Positions 28,050 through 32,000 of a stretch of 32,000 nucleotides of DNA are shown here, piece after piece (position 1 is the stretch's first letter; the number at the start of each line of letters is the position of its first letter). The notes under the pieces were generated by a model. The model was not told the DNA's origin and searched no databases. It saw only the letters and a program-made list of their open reading frames with translations. The position numbers were made by a program, and so were the translations under genes. Source of the stretch: Halalkalibacterium halodurans (GTDB taxonomy: Bacteria > Bacillota > Bacilli > Bacillales > Bacillaceae_D); the NCBI RefSeq assembly GCF_004376175.1, contig NZ_SNUY01000009.1, forward strand, positions 1 to 32,000, in the 5' to 3' direction.

Positions 28050-28795
28050 TAGAAATCCAAGACTCTCCCCGCTGGCGCCTTGTTCGGTTCACGAGTTCCT
28101 TCTCCTTCGTTGAGCTTTCCGTTACTAGGAAACGACAGATGAGGCCTAATCTTTTCTGCAAGGTGTGGCTTAATCGAAAGAACCTCAACAAAATGATCAA
28201 AAGACTTGAAAGAGCCCACATCATTTCGAGCGGAGATGATTCGGCGCGCATACAAGCTGCCAATAGCAGGAATTCTTGCAAGTTCCGCTTCCGACGCGAT
28301 GTTAATATTTACAGAAGAACGCTCATTCAAACGTTCCTCAACCTCACCTTTCTCTATAGGTGCGTTGGCTTTCATATTTGGTCGAGGTGATTCTACTTGG
28401 TTAATCGCGTGATGTGCCGTAAGCTTTTGTTTCGTTTCTGTAGCTACCCTTTTCTTTAAGTGGTCATATTTTGACGACCCCATGGCTTCCAATCGAATTA
28501 AGTACTCTGGGCGAATTATGAACGCATGGACAATTGAGACGATCCAAGCAATGATGTGAATAGTTGACACAACGTTATAAATTGGGTGGTCTGAATGGAA
28601 AATGTCATAAGAAACCATAGTGATAATAAATAGTGCTGCATAAATTAGTGCGGCAATCGTCCACTTTCTTTGCTTCACTTTATAACCAGCGTAAAAAAAT
28701 GAAATATAACTTAACATACCTAACGGAAAAGTCCACATGATCCAAATTGAGTTTCTTATTTCCCAACCCTTCCCTTTACTTGTGATATTCGCCAC
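28049..28795 (-). CDS. Membrane protein: three N-terminal TM helices plus a C-terminal ComEA-like helix-hairpin-helix DNA-binding domain
   Basis: GTG 28795 lies 8 nt after AAAGGAGG. TM segments are IWIMWTFPLGMLSYISFFYAGY, WTIAALIYAALFIITMVSY and VVSTIHIIAWIVSIVHAFII. The HhH is VNINIASEAELARIPAIGSLYARRIISARNDVGSFKSFDHF. The C-terminus is ...APAGRVLDF*. Confidence 0.75.
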   Translation of the reverse strand: MANITSKGKGWEIRNSIWIMWTFPLGMLSYISFFYAGYKVKQRKWTIAALIYAALFIITMVSYDIFHSDHPIYNVVSTIHIIAWIVSIVHAFIIRPEYLIRLEAMGSSKYDHLKKRVATETKQKLTAHHAINQVESPRPNMKANAPIEKGEVEERLNERSSVNINIASEAELARIPAIGSLYARRIISARNDVGSFKSFDHFVEVLSIKPHLAEKIRPHLSFPSNGKLNEGEGTREPNKAPAGRVLDF

Positions 28796-28798
28796 ACG

Positions 28799-29011
28799 TT
28801 ATTCCTCCTTTATCGTTTGTTTATTTTGCTTGTGTGTTACAATTTCAGATTCATAATATTCATGCGTAAAATTGGAATCGACTGTTTCAGCGTCAAGCAA
28901 TTCCTCTAATAACTGAATGTATTCAAGGCACTCTTTTCCCTTGATACCTAATGTCTCAGCAAAGATCTCTCCATCTTCTGTTATGCGGATTTGTAGCTTT
29001 TTTTTATCCAT
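28799..29011 (-). CDS. DUF2997-like small protein
   Basis: MDKKKLQIRITEDGEIFAETLGIKGKECLEYIQLLEELL fits my recollection of the DUF2997 pattern (I-x-I-x-x-DG-x-I...G-x-x-G-x-x-C...LE). GGTGGTGGA lies before ATG 29011. The alternative ATG 29041 would overlap the upstream gene by 17 nt. Confidence 0.6.
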   Translation of the reverse strand: MDKKKLQIRITEDGEIFAETLGIKGKECLEYIQLLEELLDAETVDSNFTHEYYESEIVTHKQNKQTIKEE

Positions 29012-29024
29012 TTCATCCACCACC

Positions 29025-29465
29025 TTACGACTGTACTTCAAAGGTTAATAAAATCGAACGGTCTTTTTGAATAGCTTCCGATTCAAGCTCCAACCCATTT
29101 TTCTTTGCACGCTCCACTAGCCTTGTGTAAGTTTCTTGCTGAATAAGATATTTGTACTCAGTATGCAAATTCTCGATGAACTCTAATGCATGCTCTTGTT
29201 CTACACTTTCATCAAAAATGGCTTCAAAAACCCCTTCTTCATTTTGGTAGAAGCCGATCTTGATATCACCAACTTCGGTTTGATAGTTTGTCTCGTCGCC
29301 TTGAACACTACAGCCATATTGTTCGATTGCCTTCTTTAACAGATGCTCCTTTTTCATGACCGTTTGAATCGTGTAAGCTTTATTTTCATTTCTCTTATCA
29401 ATTAATGTAGCTACTTTTTGACCAACAGCAATGCCAATTGGAATTAAAATTAGTTCTATACTCAT
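29025..29465 (-). CDS. DUF1257/Ycf35-like protein with N-terminal hydrophobic segment
   Basis: AAGGGAGA sits 6 nt before ATG 29465. The alternative ATG 29486 overlaps the AAA stop. The core YTIQTVMKKEHLLKKAIEQYGCSV...IKIGFYQNEEGVFEAIFD...ARLVERAKKNGLELESEAIQKDRSILLTFEV resembles the DUF1257 layout. This is a family call from memory, not a search. Confidence 0.55.
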   Translation of the reverse strand: MSIELILIPIGIAVGQKVATLIDKRNENKAYTIQTVMKKEHLLKKAIEQYGCSVQGDETNYQTEVGDIKIGFYQNEEGVFEAIFDESVEQEHALEFIENLHTEYKYLIQQETYTRLVERAKKNGLELESEAIQKDRSILLTFEVQS

Positions 29466-29485
29466 ATCGTTCTCCCTTCTACTCA

Positions 29486-31147
29486 TTAAAAATCAATCGT
29501 TCGACCACCGCGTGAAGAATGAATGTCCTCTGGCTCTGAATCCATTGGGTTCGCAGAGACTTCTATTGTCGGGCTCTCTGCATATTCCTCGCGATCCTTT
29601 CTCGGAGTAGCAGCAACCGCTCTAACATTCGCCCAGTCTCTGATCTGTTTAATTTGTTCGGCTTGTGTGACTGATAATGGGATAAACTGATTACAAATTT
29701 TTTCAAAGTCTGCTAACGTGACACTTCTCTCTTCATAAAACGCTTCAAACAATCCACTAATGACCACTTGCTCAATTTCAGCACCAACAAAGCCCTCTGT
29801 CAGCCTTGCAAGTCTCTCCAAATTGGATTCTGAAATCTGAAAGTCCCCAATGACACCAGGGTCCTTTAATCGTTTGTCTAAATGTACTTTAAAAATATCC
29901 ATTCGCTCACGAAGTGTAGGTAAATCTACAAAAAAGATTTCATCAAATCGGCCTTTACGCATCATTTCAGGTGGTAGCCCGGAAATATTATTTGCGGTAG
30001 CAATGACGAAGACAGGCTTCTCCTTTTCTTGCATCCACGTTAGAAAGTTCGCAAAAATTCTGGAAGATGTTCCACTATCCCCAGCGCCATTAACTCCACC
30101 AAACCCTTTTTCTATTTCATCGATCCACAAGATGGAAGGGGCGATAGCTTCTGCTGTTTGAATGGCCGAGCGCATCCGTTCTTCACTGCTCCCGACTATC
30201 CCACTATAAATCTTCCCAATATCGAGCCTTAACAATGGAAGCTTCCACATATCACTGATTGCCTTGCTAATTAAACTTTTCCCACAACCTGGAACTCCAG
30301 TAATCATCACACCTTTAGGGGAAGGCAAGCAATATTTTTGCGCTGAATCTAACCATGATTTGTTTCGCTTTTCCAGCCAACGCTTTAAATTTTCAAGTCC
30401 ACCTACATCTTCAATATTGAGGTCACTCGTAACAAATTCTAAAATACCTGTTTTTTTAATAATTTGTTCTTTCTCTTGTAGAATAATCGGTACGTCATTA
30501 ATCGAGAGGTTGCCATCTTCAACCATTGCTCTAGCAAATGCATTTTCCGCCTCAGCTAACGTTAACCCTAAGCTTGCCTTAACTAATTTTTCTTTTTCTT
30601 CTTCCGTAATTTGAAAGTCTAAGCTTGTTTTTTGATTGACTGCTATCATTTCATCTAAACTTTGCTTAATTTCTTCAAAAGTAGGCAATCCAAAATCAAA
30701 TATCGTAATATCTTTTTCCAAATCATCCGGTAAAACAAGCTTTGGTGAGATGAATACGATGTTTTTCGGGTTTGGGCTTTGCTTGAGACTAGAAACAAGG
30801 TCCCTAAGCTTTCGAATAATCTGTTGGTCTGGAACTCGTCCGTCTTCCCCGAAAAACACATGAAAATCAAAAAGGATAAAAATGGCAGGTCCCTGATAAT
30901 TTTCAATATGTTCTAATGCTTTCATCGCTGACCGTGTATCACCTTTACTGGTTTGGTCCCCGCAAATGCCCGTTGTGATCTTCCAAGTGATAACCTTTCT
31001 TGGTGTTTTAATTAACTCTTGATTAGCTGCGACTGATTCGACCAAAGCACGTGCCCGATCCTCTTCCCAAGTAGAAATATAAAGGAATGGAAACCGCGCC
31101 CTAAATAGATTTGCCATTAATCTTTGTTTCTTTTGTCTAACATCCAC
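29486..31147 (-). CDS. Classic-clade AAA+ ATPase, Ycf46-like, with about 260-aa N-terminal domain
   Basis: GAGGAGG sits 9 nt before GTG 31147. Walker A is GVPGCGKS, Walker B is ILWIDEIEKG, and the second region of homology is ATANNISGLPPEMMRKGRFDEIFFVDLP. The N-terminus RARFPFLYISTWEEDRA resembles cyanobacterial and plastid Ycf46. The C-terminus is ...SSRGGRTIDF*. Confidence 0.85.
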   Translation of the reverse strand: MDVRQKKQRLMANLFRARFPFLYISTWEEDRARALVESVAANQELIKTPRKVITWKITTGICGDQTSKGDTRSAMKALEHIENYQGPAIFILFDFHVFFGEDGRVPDQQIIRKLRDLVSSLKQSPNPKNIVFISPKLVLPDDLEKDITIFDFGLPTFEEIKQSLDEMIAVNQKTSLDFQITEEEKEKLVKASLGLTLAEAENAFARAMVEDGNLSINDVPIILQEKEQIIKKTGILEFVTSDLNIEDVGGLENLKRWLEKRNKSWLDSAQKYCLPSPKGVMITGVPGCGKSLISKAISDMWKLPLLRLDIGKIYSGIVGSSEERMRSAIQTAEAIAPSILWIDEIEKGFGGVNGAGDSGTSSRIFANFLTWMQEKEKPVFVIATANNISGLPPEMMRKGRFDEIFFVDLPTLRERMDIFKVHLDKRLKDPGVIGDFQISESNLERLARLTEGFVGAEIEQVVISGLFEAFYEERSVTLADFEKICNQFIPLSVTQAEQIKQIRDWANVRAVAATPRKDREEYAESPTIEVSANPMDSEPEDIHSSRGGRTIDF

Positions 31148-31271
31148 CTACCGCATCCTCCTCATTTAAACATCTGTACGACCATAGACCTATGAACATG
31201 AAAAGTGACACACCGACATGATATGAATAGCCCTTTACCAAACGACTACACAGCCCCTTAATTGCCATCAT
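31137..31271 (-). CDS. Unannotated 44-codon ORF (hydrophobic, Cys-containing peptide) overlapping the AAA+ start
   Basis: It is below the ORF-track size cut-off. AAGGAG (31279-31284) sits 7 nt before ATG 31271. My reading is MMAIKGLCSRLVKGYSYHVGVSLFMFIGLWSYRCLNEEDAVGGC*. Its last codons contain the AAA+ SD and its stop overlaps the AAA+ GTG (GTGGATGTTAG). My base count at 31081-31141 disagreed by one nucleotide with the track, so the exact 3' end must be recomputed. Confidence 0.35.
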   Translation of the reverse strand: MMAIKGLCSRLVKGYSYHVGVSLFMFIGLWSYRCLNEEDAVGGC

Positions 31272-31293
31272 TTAACTACTCCTTATAGTCTAT

Positions 31294-31322
31294 ATACTAT
31301 ATTTCTACTATTGTAATGTCCA
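31294..31322 (-). promoter_or_regulatory. Candidate sigma-A promoter of the AAA+/radical-SAM operon with adjacent near-palindrome
   Basis: The minus strand reads TGGACA (31317-31322), N17, TAGTAT (31294-31299). The near-palindrome TATAGTCTATATACTATA (31284-31301, 16/18 symmetric) overlaps the -10 and the TSS region. Confidence 0.3.
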
Positions 31323-31451
31323 CATTTTCTCATGTTTTTTTGTACCTTAACAAGATTCAATATCTCTAGCCACTTTTCTCCCTTTATCTGAACTGAGTCA
31401 CTTACAATCCAAATCGTAATTCATGACCGAAAACGCAGGAAAACGGAAATA

Positions 31452-31481
31452 AAGCCGGACAGCAATAAGAGCTATCCGGCT
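31452..31481 (-). terminator. Terminator of the GNAT gene, insulating it from the downstream operon
   Basis: AGCCGGA (31453-31459) pairs with TCCGGCT (31475-31481). On the minus strand TTATTTCCGTTTTCC follows. Confidence 0.55.
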
Positions 31482-31491
31482 ATCTTCTACT

Positions 31492-32000
31492 TCACGCTTG
31501 CGATATTTTTGGAAATCGAGCGAGCGGAGGAAACCCTTTCGTCGTCGTCCGAACCATCCAGCTACTAGTCGAATCAATTTTCGCTGTTAGCTGCTTCACC
31601 GAATGATCAGGGGTGAAATGACAGACGACCGTTTTTGTTGCGCGCGGCGCAATTTGTTCTACCAGTTGTTCCACATTCACTTTTGCTGGTGAGAAAATGT
31701 CGTACAAGTGGAGCACGTCCCCTTCTAGTTGAAACATCACATGAACGTCTTTATTGACTTGGTAGATAAAGTCACGAAAGCCTGCCGTATAATAAAACAT
31801 AAGGATATGCTCGTCCCCTTGGGCAGATAAAACCGTCGATAAAGGGCAAGATCCCTTCTTTACTTCCACCATGGCTTCAGGTGAAACGTCCGCCCGTCTC
31901 AACGGTTTATCCAAAAGAGTATAGCCTGCCATATCGATTTCATAACAATTCTCTTCAATCAATTGAAAGCCACATGTTTCGTAGAGAGGAATCGCCTCTT
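31492..32000 (-). CDS. GNAT-family N-acetyltransferase with C-terminal extra domain (5' end outside window)
   Basis: The frame stays open upstream of the track start to the window edge. It reads ...EAIPLYETCGFQLIEEN..., the canonical GNAT motif-B end (A-x-x-LYE-x-x-GF). About 150 aa of non-GNAT C-terminal domain follows. Confidence 0.7.
   Translation of the reverse strand, partial: EAIPLYETCGFQLIEENCYEIDMAGYTLLDKPLRRADVSPEAMVEVKKGSCPLSTVLSAQGDEHILMFYYTAGFRDFIYQVNKDVHVMFQLEGDVLHLYDIFSPAKVNVEQLVEQIAPRATKTVVCHFTPDHSVKQLTAKIDSTSSWMVRTTTKGFPPLARFPKISQA

Noticed and set aside
219-30906. Many 60-150-aa track ORFs lie antisense to or nested within larger genes. Examples: 219-548(-), 591-773(-), 948-1217(-), 2178-2483(+), 4169-4408(+), 8202-8444(+), 13350-13871(+), 15387-16640(+), 16841-17191(+), 23177-23638(-), 24483-24722(+), 27929-28412(+/-), 29850-30863(+/-).
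   Set aside because: Each overlaps a long ORF that has clear family motifs and an SD. None has an SD or recognisable motifs, and their compositions look like reverse-frame artefacts.
27411-31147. Canonical glycyl-radical motif (R-V-x-G-[FYW]) or a SPASM/RiPP-maturase arrangement within the operon. This includes the idea that the 44-aa Cys-containing peptide is a RiPP precursor.
   Set aside because: No product contains the GRE fingerprint. The radical-SAM protein has only the single CX3CX2C cluster region and no SPASM-type auxiliary Cys clusters. No peptidase or exporter is present. RiPP biosynthesis is therefore not the favoured reading.
31081-31147. An apparent one-base disagreement between my manual reading of lines 31081-31141 and the supplied ORF track. 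The track gives MDVRQ...FPFLYIS, whereas my count gave a frame break.
   Set aside because: This is most likely my own counting error. The track frame is internally consistent at every other checkpoint I verified (aa 24-44, 84 and 281, and the stop). I therefore kept the track coordinates and flagged the dependent small-ORF end as uncertain.
1-32000. A scan by eye for CRISPR arrays, tRNA/rRNA genes, IS elements, integrases, long tandem repeats or terminal inverted repeats.
   Set aside because: I saw no regularly spaced direct repeats, no cloverleaf-like or rRNA-like segments, and no transposase or recombinase-like ORFs. The absence is by inspection only, not by tRNAscan, Infernal or ISfinder.

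Overview
The window looks like a Bacillaceae-type Firmicute chromosome: GGAGG Shine-Dalgarno sites, frequent GTG/TTG starts, and Bce, gmu-like and bio operon architectures. It is gene-dense and mostly ordinary. Left to right: (1) a Tat-signal PhoX-like phosphatase followed by its own tatA-tatC pair, with a Pho-box-like repeat array upstream. (2) A bioF-bioH-bioC pimelate-arm biotin operon behind a BirA-type operator. (3) A small membrane protein. (4) A BceRS-BceAB-type peptide-antibiotic sensing and detoxification module with a perfect 10-bp palindromic regulator box. (5) A methyl-accepting chemotaxis gene split by a +1 frameshift. (6) On the minus strand, a gmu-like PTS operon (IIB-IIA-IIC, GH1 phospho-beta-glycosidase, GntR) plus mannose-6-P isomerase. 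(7) About 760 bp of decayed sequence with TetR and DUF3995-like remnants. (8) A minus-strand prpC-prpD-prpB methylcitrate operon with a divergent LysR regulator. (9) An alanine/glycine:cation symporter. (10) An aldo/keto reductase. (11) A 5'-truncated and frameshifted sulfite-oxidase-family remnant. (12) The most unusual locus, at 27.4-31.3 kb on the minus strand. It is a translationally coupled operon encoding a Ycf46-like classic AAA+ ATPase, a DUF1257/Ycf35-like protein, a DUF2997-like protein, a 3-TM protein with a C-terminal ComEA-like helix-hairpin-helix, and an orphan NrdG-like radical-SAM activase. A possible unannotated 44-codon ORF precedes it. The AAA+ ATPase and the membrane HhH protein are otherwise unrelated, yet both end in the same tail, G-R-[TV]-[IL]-D-F-COOH. 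(13) A partial GNAT gene at the right edge. I saw no rRNA, tRNA, CRISPR array, transposase or integrase. All homology calls come from motif recognition by eye; no searches were run.
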